A stretch of DNA of 64,000 nt from an uncultured Nitrososphaeraceae archaeon (GTDB lineage: Archaea; Thermoproteota; Nitrososphaeria; Nitrososphaerales; Nitrososphaeraceae): contig CAVXZB010000064.1 in NCBI GenBank assembly GCA_963765895.1, forward strand, positions 74,366 through 138,365, in the 5' to 3' direction. The translations under genes and the position numbers were made by a program. The notes beneath the pieces are model-generated. The model saw only the letters and a program-made list of their open reading frames with translations. It did not search any database and was not told the DNA's origin. Shown here one piece after another: positions 52,640 to 63,639 of the stretch (positions within the stretch are counted from its first letter, which is position 1; every line of letters begins with the position of its first letter).

Positions 52640-54158
52640 TTACGAGTAGCAGTTGCATGGTTCCCTTTTCTTAACTGGAGATTTTTTTTGTTCTTCCACA
52701 TTCGATTCTGAAGCGTTGTTTGCCTCAAATACTTTGGGACAAATCTCTATTAAAATAGGGTGAAAAAAGGCATATTTTTCGAGTGTATCTTTATAGTCAA
52801 TTTTCAATTCCTCTATCCCTCCATACCCATAGTGACCTGGTAAGTATTTCAGGTGTTTGTATAATCCTTCTTTCCTAAAATTGACGAACTTGTGTAAATC
52901 ATCTTTTTTACACTTATCAGTTACTAGTTTTTTGTTTCCTCTTACCTCTTCTTTATAATTATCTAGTTCTAATTCAATAGCCAGAACCTCCCAAAAATGG
53001 GAGCATTCCTTTTTTTATATATTCAGTATACTCTTCTGTAGTTCTGAATTTTCTTAGGTCCAGATTATGTTGAGATCTTGCAAGATCTAATTGTCTGAAA
53101 AACCTGGTGGCTTCCTGTTCGCCCAGAAAATATATTATTCTATTTTTATCTTCAGATGTTGGTGCAAAGTATTTCCATTTTTTGACTTGAAATGAGAACT
53201 CTGCTTCATGAATAATCCACAAATTTATCAGAAATTTATGTAATATTCTATCAGAAATTATGAACCTCGTTTTACCTCGAAATTCCATACTTGATTCAAT
53301 TAATTTCAGAGCTCGCAGTGCATTAAATGCAAATTTCACATCAGCATCATTGAACCTCTTACTTGCGAGTATCTCCTCTATTGAGAAACCAGGTAACTCG
53401 CATAAGTATTCTTGATGATATTTTGTATTTTTTGAATATCTGTTAAATTGCCAATATTCAATTCTCTTAAGAACTACACCTAAATTGCCTTTAGGATAAC
53501 AGATGAATTCAATGTCTTCCAACACCGGCGATTCATCCTCTCTTTCCACCCAGTATTCTTTAGTGACTGTTCGACTATCTCTTAGACTTCGAGTTTGGTA
53601 TATGAGATCCTCACTGTCAACAGTATCAGCAGCTGATATCCTTCTCCATTGAAGATCACTTCTCTTAACATGCAATTCTGCTAAAATCAGTTTGTCAAAA
53701 TCCTCTTCCACTTCTACCCTAATAGGTATGTTTTCAGATATATCATTGAATAGTATCGTTTGATAGATTTTCCTAAAAAGAAAGATTTTTTCTTTTGGTA
53801 GTCCAATAAGATTCAGTCGTGCTTGTTTCATCCCATTTTCAGTTAAAGAGTATTCCACTTTTTTACCTATTCCATGATCTTCCTTACGCAAAATTCCTAC
53901 GTCATTCAATCTTTTAATGTGCCCGACGTATGTCGAAGTCACTATAGATTTCCCAAGTATATTTTCGATTTTAATCTTAAGATCATTATGGCCTAGTTTT
54001 TTAGGCTTGGATAATAATATCTGTATAATCGCATTATCTATATTGAAATTATAGTTTGATCCGCTTCTCTTATCTCTGTATTCCTCTGGCCTATAAAAAT
54101 TCGAACTGGCCGCTTCTGTCATATTTAAGCCTTCGGTTGTAGTAGTATTGCCGGCCAT
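52640..54158 (-). CDS. Large hypothetical protein with N-terminal winged helix-turn-helix; probable frameshift at the T-run near 53010
   Basis: HIKRLNDVGILRKED...VEYSLTENG wHTH signature; the shifted frame stays open for about 120 more codons to TAA 52640. Confidence 0.6.
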
Positions 54159-54186
54159 TTATCATTCTTATTGCAGAATAGTATGC

Positions 54187-54393
54187 ATGCAAAATAAAAT
54201 TGCAGTTGGCATTTCATTGCCAGCGAAGTTAATGAAGAAGATAGACGTGGAGCGTGGGGATATTCCCCGCAGCAGGTACGTATTAAGAATGCTTGAAAAG
54301 CAGTACACATTGAAAGGAGAAAATGTAATTGAAAAAGATTTACTCGATCGTAGACTTGTAACCCTGCAATCAAGTAAACTCTCTAATCAATAG
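54187..54393 (+). CDS. Ribbon-helix-helix (CopG-like) DNA-binding protein
   Basis: MQNKIAVGISLPAKLMKKIDVERGDIPRSRYVLRMLE fits the RHH pattern. Confidence 0.75.
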   Translation: MQNKIAVGISLPAKLMKKIDVERGDIPRSRYVLRMLEKQYTLKGENVIEKDLLDRRLVTLQSSKLSNQ

Positions 54394-54401
54394 GAGGTTG
54401 A

Positions 54402-54581
54402 TTTCTCACGAGCAATTATAATGACGACACGGAACTTAATAACGTTATATGCGAAGCAGCAGGATGCTTTGCTAGATCTACAGACAAGATTAGAGTAAAA
54501 GCTGGAACCCAAAAAGTAATTCCGTTACTGCTTTGTAACGATTGCGTTTCCAAATTTGAGGAGATTACCCAGACATGTTAG
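54402..54581 (+). CDS. Small Zn-finger-like protein absent from the ORF track; start codon unclear
   Basis: Open frame ...NVICEAAGCFARSTDKIRVKAGTQKVIPLLLCNDCVSKFEEITQTC*; GGAGG upstream; fills the gap between two co-oriented genes. Confidence 0.55.
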   Translation, partial: FLTSNYNDDTELNNVICEAAGCFARSTDKIRVKAGTQKVIPLLLCNDCVSKFEEITQTC

Positions 54582-54853
54582 ATACTGTGGATAGGCCATC
54601 TGAATGTTCCAAGTGCGAGCGTTATCTAAAGGAGATAGCCGAATTAAAGGAAGCATTTCTAGAGGCAGACTATCAAAGTGTACGCCAATGCACACAACTC
54701 AAAGATAAAATCTCGGAATCGGATGAGGACTGTTCGTATACAGACGAGCTACTTGAGGACGCTAAAGCAGAGATAAAGCGGTTAAAAGCTGAGCGCAGTT
54801 CAGGAAGTCAAAGCAAGAAGAAGGTGTTAGAAGAGTTTGAGCGACCAGTCTAA
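54575..54853 (+). CDS. Hypothetical coiled-coil protein with CxxC
   Basis: CSKC followed by E/K-rich heptads; overlaps the previous frame. Confidence 0.55.
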   Translation: MLDTVDRPSECSKCERYLKEIAELKEAFLEADYQSVRQCTQLKDKISESDEDCSYTDELLEDAKAEIKRLKAERSSGSQSKKKVLEEFERPV

Positions 54854-54902
54854 CACCACTTTGCGCGCATCAACTTCAGTGAACAGGTGAGAAACAAAGA
54901 AG

Positions 54903-55181
54903 TTGACTGCTAAGAAGAAATTAGTCAAAGAGGAAAATAAGTCTTTTGATGGAGAGTACATTTATTGCGACCAATGCGAATGGAATGGCGTCCAAAATCA
55001 AAAGATAGTCCTTTTTAATCTTGGCATAAGGCTAAGCGGCCCTGGATTTATTTATAGAATTGAAACGTATGATTACACACAAGATGGCACTAAAGGTATT
55101 CACCAGCATAAGTACGATCCGGATGTTATTGATCATATACTAGATCAGATCTTTGAACGAACCGAGAGGATGGTAGAATGA
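54903..55181 (+). CDS. Hypothetical protein with CxxC...HxH putative Zn site
   Basis: YCDQC and HQH; stop overlaps the Prim-Pol ATG (ATGA). Confidence 0.6.
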   Translation: MTAKKKLVKEENKSFDGEYIYCDQCEWNGVQNQKIVLFNLGIRLSGPGFIYRIETYDYTQDGTKGIHQHKYDPDVIDHILDQIFERTERMVE

Positions 55182-57864
55182 CTACCGTTGGAGAAGACAA
55201 TCTTACAAAGCTATCTGAAGAAGAGCAGCAAGCAATATTATATTGGGCTGAGACTATAGGAGTGCCAGTATTTCCTGCAGATACTAGACGTAAAGGACTT
55301 TACATTAATGGCTGGTCCGAGATAAACTTTGCAAGTATAGACTATAAGACTAACCTTGCTAATGGACTATATGATAATGGTATTGCAATCCGAACAGGTA
55401 GGACTTCAAAAGGACTGTACCTAATTGTGCTGGACTTCGACGGCTGGAACGCTGTTATTGAATGGTTCGGTAGTTGGGATACTGTAGTTGAAGCATCAAG
55501 GCACACTAGGATAGAATGGCATCAGGATAAAGGTAGGATTCATTATTTCTTTCTAGCGAATAAGCCAATTCCTAATAGAAAGATACTGATTAAAGATACA
55601 TATTTAGAGATTAGATGCGAAAAACAAGTATTATTTGCATATCCTAGTTTTCATAAAAATGGAAATAGATATGAGCCTATTTACAACAAAACCATAACGG
55701 AACTGACTGATTCACAATTAACTAGATTACAAGCACAGATGGACACCTTATGTGAAGGCTACATGTCCGACGAGGACAGAACCAAATACATAGAAAACCT
55801 ACACCTATCTACGACTATTTTAGGTGAAGGGCAAGAAAGACATGACTCAACTAAAGTCATTATCAATAATTATTACTGGAAGTATAGTGGCGAATGGCTA
55901 GAACTATCAGATGATCAGCGTTTCGAACGAGCATGGGATTGGCACATTAAACATTGTAATCCACCACGTCCAAAGGAGGAGTTTGATAGCCTATGTAGGT
56001 GGGCTAAGGACAAGTTCAGAGTAAAGCGAGATAAATTACATGAGAAGGTAAAAGACGACAGGAAGAACACACATGATGGTATATCCGGATGTGTCTCTTA
56101 CCAGATTAGCCCACATGATTACGTCACAGGTACCCCTGATAATAGACTTGTAGAAACTAGGCACACCTGGAGCGAAGACAAGAGTGGCCAATTGATAGAA
56201 AAAGAATATATCGTTAGAACCTTTTTTGCTTGCAAACCTATTAGGATAATCAAACATAGAAATCCGTTATCATTTTTGGAAATGCCGCAAAAGTATACCA
56301 TTGAGTTTAGAGGCTGTCAACCAAGCAGTACATTTACGATAAAACATAAATCCTTGCCCCAAATCATAGCACGACTAAAGCAATCAGAAGCGTTGACTGA
56401 TAAGAATTTGGATAACGCCATGATAGCCCAGATAAAGGGATTTGAACAGGCAGGACTATTAGAGGAAAATGACGATCTGGACTATACGGGTTTCTTTCCA
56501 ATAGATGGCAGAGAGATAATTTGTAGCAATCTCGATATCCCTGAAAATATCAATATCGAGGAAATTAACACGGCGCTTGATTTCATAGACCTACTTGCTG
56601 ATACTACTGCATACAAAGATAGACTAGAATTATTATCGCATACCCTGCTCTTTGGACTAATAGCACCTTGCTCCTTTGTCTTTAAGAAAGTTAAGGCACC
56701 ATGGCTCGGATGGATGCATAACTACGGTAGTCCTAATGCTAGTAAGACCAGTTCTGCTAAACTTGCCTTAGCATTAGATGGACATGAAACAGACGATGAC
56801 TATATTGTAAGCATGAAGCATGTAGATACACTTCCTAGAATGGGTGATACCATATCTAAAACAACGTTTCCAATAATAGCAGATGAAATGGAATTGGTCG
56901 ATAAAAGATCAGGAAAAGTAAATTCAGTTATAACCGCAGCAATCAAAACAGCGGTAGATCAGCCTATACTCCGTAAAGTGCTTGATCATAACAGAAATTC
57001 TGAACATATACCTGCATTGTCAGCCTTGATCATGACCAGTAATCCACCTCCACCATTTGAGGATGCAGCACTTATGAAACGTCTTGCTGTCAGACACTTT
57101 CCAACAAGTGAGACTCATTACAAAGGGAGTAATGATGCCCTATTCTATGATACTGAAATATTACCTAACCTGTCCAAATTGCATTCCTAGGACAGTTCAG
57201 AAACAAATTCGTTATGAATAACCAAGATTTGATTCTTGACAAGAAAATAACACCCTTTGAAAAGGCTAGAATAATCCTGAAGGCAATCTACGAATATGCT
57301 GGTAATAGGCAAGTTCCTGAGTGGTTTAACAAAGAATTAGAACAATCACAACTTGAAGATTCACTATCTGATTCAAAAGATGCTATCATTAGTGCATTTG
57401 AAACTATGGTTATCGATAAAACAAAAAACCTAATTGGAGTTAAGGCACTTGAACCGAATGAATATAATGTTTGTCAATCATGTTATGACCGATTTGACAT
57501 TTTGGTATTACACAAGTTACTACCATTTTGCAAAATGGCAAAGGGCAAGACTACGCATGAATTAACAGGTGACTATGCTTTTGGCAGTGGTATAGTTGAT
57601 GAACTTTATCGATATGGCATAACAAGCGAGCAACTTCCTAATCTCAAGGCCTTTTCAGATGTTTTTGGAGGAGAGGTTATAAAATCACATGGTAAGAAGA
57701 TTGCAAAAGTAAGCAAAGCAAAACTACAAGGTATTTTTAATGCTGACGTTGAGATCGAAACTGAGAATCAAAAGGGAATGGCAGATTTTGACAAAATACC
57801 TGAAAGCGTGGGGACAGGTGGTAGTCCCCACGACTCCCCACGGTCCCCACGGCCATTTTTATGA
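55178..57864 (+). CDS. Replication protein: bifunctional primase-polymerase plus SF3-like helicase; probable frameshift near 57183 joining ORFs 55178-57190 and 57214-57864
   Basis: GIAIRTG, VLDFD, GRIHYFF and YPS.H.NG..Y Prim-Pol motifs; YGSPNASKT (Walker A), IIADE (Walker B), IMTSN (motif C), LMKRL; the downstream frame is open upstream of its ATG (FLGQFRNKFVMNN). Confidence 0.8.
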
Positions 57865-58042
57865 GTTTATTGCATTATAATATATTATATTTAATAAAAT
57901 ATTATATTATTATAGAGAGATTATGCTATAATTATAACGCCACGAGGGGAGCGTGGGGACACCTGAGCATACACCGACCTGAAAATAATTCATTAAGTAT
58001 GTCTCTACTACAGAGGTCCCACGACTCCCCACGGTCCCCACG
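57807..58042. repeat. Iteron cluster flanking an A/T tract (candidate replication origin)
   Basis: TCCCCACG at 57825, 57835, 57844, 58026, 58035 and TCCCACG at 58017; inverted copies at 57807 and 57952 and a variant at 57943; 57874-57914 is A/T only. Confidence 0.85.
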
Positions 58043-58180
58043 CTTTTACATGGGTGTCTGTCCCTCCAAGAAAGTAGGCAGGTTTTGTCGCAGTTTAATC
58101 AATTGAAATAATGATAAATCGATATCATATTCTGCATAATTATATCGGGTAGTATTCCCTCCATGTTCTACATCTTACTT

Positions 58181-58537
58181 TTAGAATAGTTTACTTTGGG
58201 GCAGTATTCGATCTATTATCTCCTCTACTTTTTTGTCGTCTATTACTTTGTCTGTTAATTCATCTTTGTAGTTAGGGTAATATCTTTTCTGTATTTCCTG
58301 TATGCTATAAAAAAATTCCCAGAGATTATTTTTGTAATTAGGTCACGCAGTAGATTCCCAATAATTCTGTTCGTCTCTCAACGTACTGTTAACTGTTTTT
58401 CGGATTTGTCTAGTACGTAAATATTTGGCTATTATACGGATGCCAACCAAACCGGTAAATTCAAACGATAGGAATTTTCCAATATCGTAACTTGTTACAG
58501 CAGCGACTTATCCCTGTTATCTTACTCTTTTGCCCAT
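58181..58537 (-). pseudogene. Possible decayed ORF with three in-frame stops
   Basis: One frame from ATG 58537 reads MGKRVR*QG*VAAVTSYDIG...WESTA*PNYKNNLWEFF...LPQSKLF*. Confidence 0.35.
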
Positions 58538-58989
58538 TTTTACATCCAGCTTAGTAGATAGAAGACAGAATCAACTATCTCTTATTATTTAGCTGTTAAT
58601 CTTTAATCTACCCGTGTAGTGATTTTATTGTATGTTTATCTTGTCTTTCTAAAATTTCGCTCACAAGTTCCTTTAGGCCTTTTAGCTAAGGTGGAGAACG
58701 TGGTTCACTATTATACATGTTACACATCATTGGTTAACTATACTAAAAGTGTATAATTAAATTAGTTCATAAGATCTAGACTGTGCCATAAACTTCACAT
58801 AGAAAAAATCAGCTTTATATTTTCGGTGTCTTTTTTTATTTGCTTAATTGTGAGGCTTACCTGTTAGTCTGACTAGGCCATTCAAAGCTTACCAGTTTTG
58901 CCCCAAGCCACTTTGAGGGATATTTACTACGCTCTAATTGATAATTTATATCGCATTATTATTAATCTGTCTATCTAGCATAACACCTT

Positions 58990-60552
58990 TCATGCTATGT
59001 CTTTAACAGTTAATGGCGTCATCTTACCCGCAAGGTATTTCATTCTCAATGCCAAAAAGACACATGCAATTGCCATTACAAGCCCTAGTCCAAAAAGAAT
59101 GTTAAATGTAAGAGGGCTTGGGTAATTACTCTCAACATTATCAACTGTAATAGGGATTGTAGCAGACGCTAAAATTACAGTTGTCATAACTGGTCCTATC
59201 GCACCTCCTATAATTCTCATCATATTTGTAGTGGCGGAGGAGATACCAGTATATTCTCTTGGTGTAAACGAAATGTTAGTGTTGTTTAGTGTGTTTGGTA
59301 AAAGTGCTCCAGCCGTACCGAAAATAAAGAGGCTAGCGTTGATGCCTTGCGATGAAGAGTGGAAAAACAAAAGTAACAAAAATGAAATGGCGGTAACTGC
59401 TATACCAGGTACCAATAACCTTAGATTAAGTCCTGTTCTTTTGACTACCATTATTCCAAAAACCGGTCCAAAGATCATCGCTGACAGTCCAAAGGCTAAC
59501 TGTAGTAAACCGACGTGAATAGGATCCAGTCCTAGGCCAGATGGTGGCGGCGAGGACCCTAGTCGCGGTATGCCTGTGATAACAAAATACTGCAAAATAC
59601 CGAACATCAGCATCATAATGTTTCCAGTAAAAATAACTGGATGAAAAACTAACTTCAAATTTACTAATGGAGACCTCACATGCTTTTCCACAATTATAAA
59701 TATAATGAGAAAAACAACACCAATGACAAGAGGAACTAAAAACCCTATCAAATTGGTAGCTACTGATCCACTGACTGTGATTGCTGCCTATAAAACTGAC
59801 CAGCGTCACAGCCATTGTTATAATACCGATAACATCAATACGCGGCTTTTTGCGCTGTTTCTTAGCATTAGCTTTCGTAAGGATTTCGCTTGGAACTTTT
59901 TTTGTCAAAGTAATCATGCTCGTGCTCATGTATCTTTTTATTCTCGTCTGAATGAATGAACTTCCAGCATACAAATAACAAAACTACCGCAATGGGAGCA
60001 CAGAGATAGAAATTACCCTGCCATCCTGGGCCTGCAGCTACTACAGGTCCTAACACAGCCCCCAGTGCCATACCACCAGAATAGGCCGAGAGATATATGC
60101 TATACCCAATAGGGAATTTGCTCTTAGGGACCTGATCTCTTATTAATTTTGTTGAAATTGGGGTACTTGCCACTGCTATTCCCTGAAGCACTCTAAGTCC
60201 AAGAAGAACAAATATGTTAGGAGAAAATGGTGCCAAGATAGTTCCTATGGTAAAACAGATCATCATTATCATTAGCATTTTTTTGGCACCGAACAGATCC
60301 GATAATCTCCCCATAATCACAGTCATGACAGCTCCACAAACCATGTACGCTGTCATTACCCATGACGCTAGTGTGTCAGAAATCTGAAAATCTTGAGATA
60401 TACTCGGAAGAGCCGGCGACATCGCAGTATTAAGATATAGAAATATCACAATCAGTACTAGATAATATTAGAATAGTTTTCCAAGCATTAAATGAGATTT
60501 GTTCAGGAGGGGAGGGCGCGATAGAAGCATTTGCAGACAATGAAATTGTCAC
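58990..60552 (-). CDS. MFS transporter (DHA2/EmrB-like); several frameshifts
   Basis: PALPSI, WVMTAY, GRLSDLFGAKK, RVLQG, IDVIG, PLVNLKL and RIIGGAIG across three or more frames. Confidence 0.8.
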
Positions 60553-60855
60553 GCACTGTTAGTGTTTGCATGTATTTAAAAATATATTATGTATTAACTT
60601 TGTTAACCCTAACGTAATCTCTATAGCAAGTCATACTCTAGATCTTGATTGATATTAAGCGGGCTAGAACAAAGCCAAGCTATAGTCCGTTATAGATTGT
60701 ATCTTGTAGTTCCAGAAACTTCAGTTAGCATATGAACAACGTTTGTCCCCCTTTACAGTAAAAAAGAGCAATCTTTAAGTGCATCTCTTGACTTTAAAGT
60801 AGAATGTTCTTAGCCAACCCAAAGTAGAGGGTACTGAAATTATGTATTTGATTAT

Positions 60856-62262
60856 TTATTTATTGATCTGACCAAGATCCACATCACTAAGATCCATAGT
60901 GTTGTTATATCCACTTTCTCTCAACTGCTTTATTGTATTGGATGAAAAGTTAAATATTTTATTCGATATAGTGTTCTCATCATTCTTGCGGTTTATTCGC
61001 ACTACATTTCCTATTTCAAATTGTCCTACAAGAATATCCGAATACTTTCTAGGTATCATAGCTCGGCCATGGTTCATAGTTTTACTATTTAATAAATTAT
61101 TTATGATATCATCTTTCGCCCCATGATCTTTTGCAATCTTGATTAATTCCCTTGCTAGGTCGACATAGTCTGATACGAGTAACAAGGCCTCTTGCTCTCG
61201 TTGTGTTCTGTCTGAAAAGGTTATATCATTATTTCTGTTTATCACACCATCATGGTCCCAAGGAATTGTATCTTGCTTAATCGGATGAACGTTGACTATG
61301 CCTATTTCTAACTTCGGAACAGTGTCTCTCAAACCCTTTACTTTAAGCCAATAAAGACGGTGTAGTCTAACGAGTTGTGTTAAAGGTGTGTTACTCATTA
61401 TTCCCCCGTCCCAAAAGTAACGGATATTTTTCTCATAATTAGCTGTATTGCTATTGTAACTTTCGACCTCTAAAGGCGAATAACTATAATTAATAGGCAC
61501 TGACGCACTTGCAATGACATGCTCTGAGGTAATTCCGTCGTTATACCTTATGATATGTTGATATCCCACTTCTTTCCCGTCTTGACTAACATATTTTCCG
61601 TATTCAGATTTTCTGGAACCATCTTCCGTTTCGTAACTATCAAATGCTACAGCAGCGCCTTCCGCCACATCAACGCTCATTAGGATGAGCCTTGGTTGGG
61701 GCAATGATGACTTCTCATCGTAACTTGTTGCTATTGGAAATTTTGCAAATCTCTCTAAGCTTTTCTTTAACGGTTTACTGTCAAAGTGATACCAAATATT
61801 TTGAGGATCAAAATACCTAGTGTCGACAAGTGGGAAGAAAGGGAAAAAGACCGTAGGTACTCCTATAATCGAAAATTGCTTTGCTGAATAATATCTTCTT
61901 GCAGCCTCCCCAGATGCGATATCAGGATGTACGTTATTATGTAAATAATCCCACCAAGCTGTAAAACCGGGAATCTGGTCTAACGGAGATTCCTTTGACA
62001 AATACTCCCAAAACTCATTTAGTCTTTCTGAGGAGCCTTCCCACGTATTATTTTCTACTACGTAACTTACAATTATAGCAGCATTTATCGCACCTATTGA
62101 CGTTCCAGCCACAGTATTTAAAAATGGCTTACCTTTTTCTCCTTTTTCCTTGTCTTTTTTAGTGATCCTTTCATATACTGCTTGATAAGCCCCCGCTTCA
62201 TATGCACCAAGTGAGCCTCCACCTTGTAAGACTAATGCTCGTTGGCTGTCAGGCATTTTCAT
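60856..62262 (-). CDS. Patatin-like phospholipase/esterase
   Basis: LVLQGGGSLGAY, GTSIG (GxSxG), ASASVP and WDGG..SNTP motifs. Confidence 0.88.
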   Translation of the reverse strand: MKMPDSQRALVLQGGGSLGAYEAGAYQAVYERITKKDKEKGEKGKPFLNTVAGTSIGAINAAIIVSYVVENNTWEGSSERLNEFWEYLSKESPLDQIPGFTAWWDYLHNNVHPDIASGEAARRYYSAKQFSIIGVPTVFFPFFPLVDTRYFDPQNIWYHFDSKPLKKSLERFAKFPIATSYDEKSSLPQPRLILMSVDVAEGAAVAFDSYETEDGSRKSEYGKYVSQDGKEVGYQHIIRYNDGITSEHVIASASVPINYSYSPLEVESYNSNTANYEKNIRYFWDGGIMSNTPLTQLVRLHRLYWLKVKGLRDTVPKLEIGIVNVHPIKQDTIPWDHDGVINRNNDITFSDRTQREQEALLLVSDYVDLARELIKIAKDHGAKDDIINNLLNSKTMNHGRAMIPRKYSDILVGQFEIGNVVRINRKNDENTISNKIFNFSSNTIKQLRESGYNNTMDLSDVDLGQINK

Positions 62263-62547
62263 ATTAGCCAGATGAAAAAGACCTTATTATACTTTATATT
62301 TAACGAAACTGCACAGTTTGAAAAGATAGCAAGGAGATATGGTTAACAACTTTAATTTATACGAGTTTTAAATAAACATGCAATAAACTCAGACAATATT
62401 TTCTACTATTGCTTACAACAGCTGGCTTAAGTTTCTGATGCAAAAATCTTGTTTTTCTAATAAAACGACAAATCTGATAGCAATGTATTTCAATACATAC
62501 GAAGCCCATAATTGCTGCAAAATTTTGGTTTATTATAAGAAACATGA

Positions 62548-63059
62548 CTACATCTCGGAACACTTGAATGAGATCTTGGACTCCTCCAGTAAAGTATGAC
62601 GCAATTCTTTCATCATTATAATAAGCCTGTCAAAATCATCTTCAGTCAACATTTCTACTCCATCGATTTTATTTTTATTATCTATCTTGCTCTCCTGATC
62701 TAATGGACTAGCCTTAGCGTCAGATTTTGACTTTAACCTTGACTCTCTTCGCTGCAGTCTTTTCTGCGCAAGATTGGTTACCAAGAGCGCAAAGATACCA
62801 ATTCCTGATAACATCATAAATATCGCTATTATCCCTCCGATTACCGTAACTGGATAATAATCACCATATCCTACAGTTGCGAGTGTAACTACAGCCCACC
62901 AAATGGCGTCATCTAACTTGGTTATATTTGCACCTGGGTGGGCATGTTATACTAAATATACACCGATACCCCCAAAAATTATAATCGACGCGGCGAGAAT
63001 TGCCAAAAAACAATATTAAAGTCTGTTTTTGATAGTGTATAGAAATTGCTAGTTGCCAT
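62548..63059 (-). pseudogene. KcsA-like 2TM potassium channel, disrupted
   Basis: DAIWWAVVTLATVGYGDYYP selectivity filter upstream of ORF 62548-62817; in-frame TAA at 62947-62949 (VYLV*HAHPGANI) plus a 5' frameshift. Confidence 0.8.
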
Positions 63060-63639
63060 ATGAAGCATTTCTTACGTTATAGTAGTATATAATATCCTAA
63101 TGGAAAAGATCTCGCCCATGTTATCCTATCGTAGCTAAAAAGCGGGGATACTATTACTGTAAACTACGTCCTTACATAAAGAAGGCACATTTGGAATCAA
63201 AAGAACATCATATAAAGTACAAAGATCCGAAACGGGCATAAATCAGACTTATTCAAATTGTCCAAACTTGCTCATAATTAGTTTAGCCTATCAATAGGAT
63301 CAATTATCAGGACTTGTGAACTTACAGAGTTGCCTATTCTTAAACTTATATCTATAGATAGTAGCAATTAGTAGATGTGAATTAACAGACTAATTCCGTT
63401 AACATGTAATAAGTTTAACGCATCGGACAACATCGGACTTTTTAACCTATCCCCAATAATTATATCGTGTACGATGCGTTATGAATAGATAGGAGTCGTG
63501 CCAGGTTATTAATATTATCAAAAATGCTGCGTCCTATGTGTAGACCGACGTCCAGGATGTGATAAAATTTTTTAATGCTGATGGGGCACTCACACCAAAT
63601 GCCATATTGGATGGATATACTATTTCTGAAATATCGCAA

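Noticed and set aside
57807-58042. Repeats as a mini CRISPR array
   Set aside because: Units are 8-10 bp in both orientations, with no regular spacers and no cas genes.
57861-58106. 81-aa ORF sharing HDSPRSPR with the end of the replicase
   Set aside because: The peptide repeat is just the translation of the DNA iterons, and the ORF crosses the A/T-only tract. Probably non-coding.
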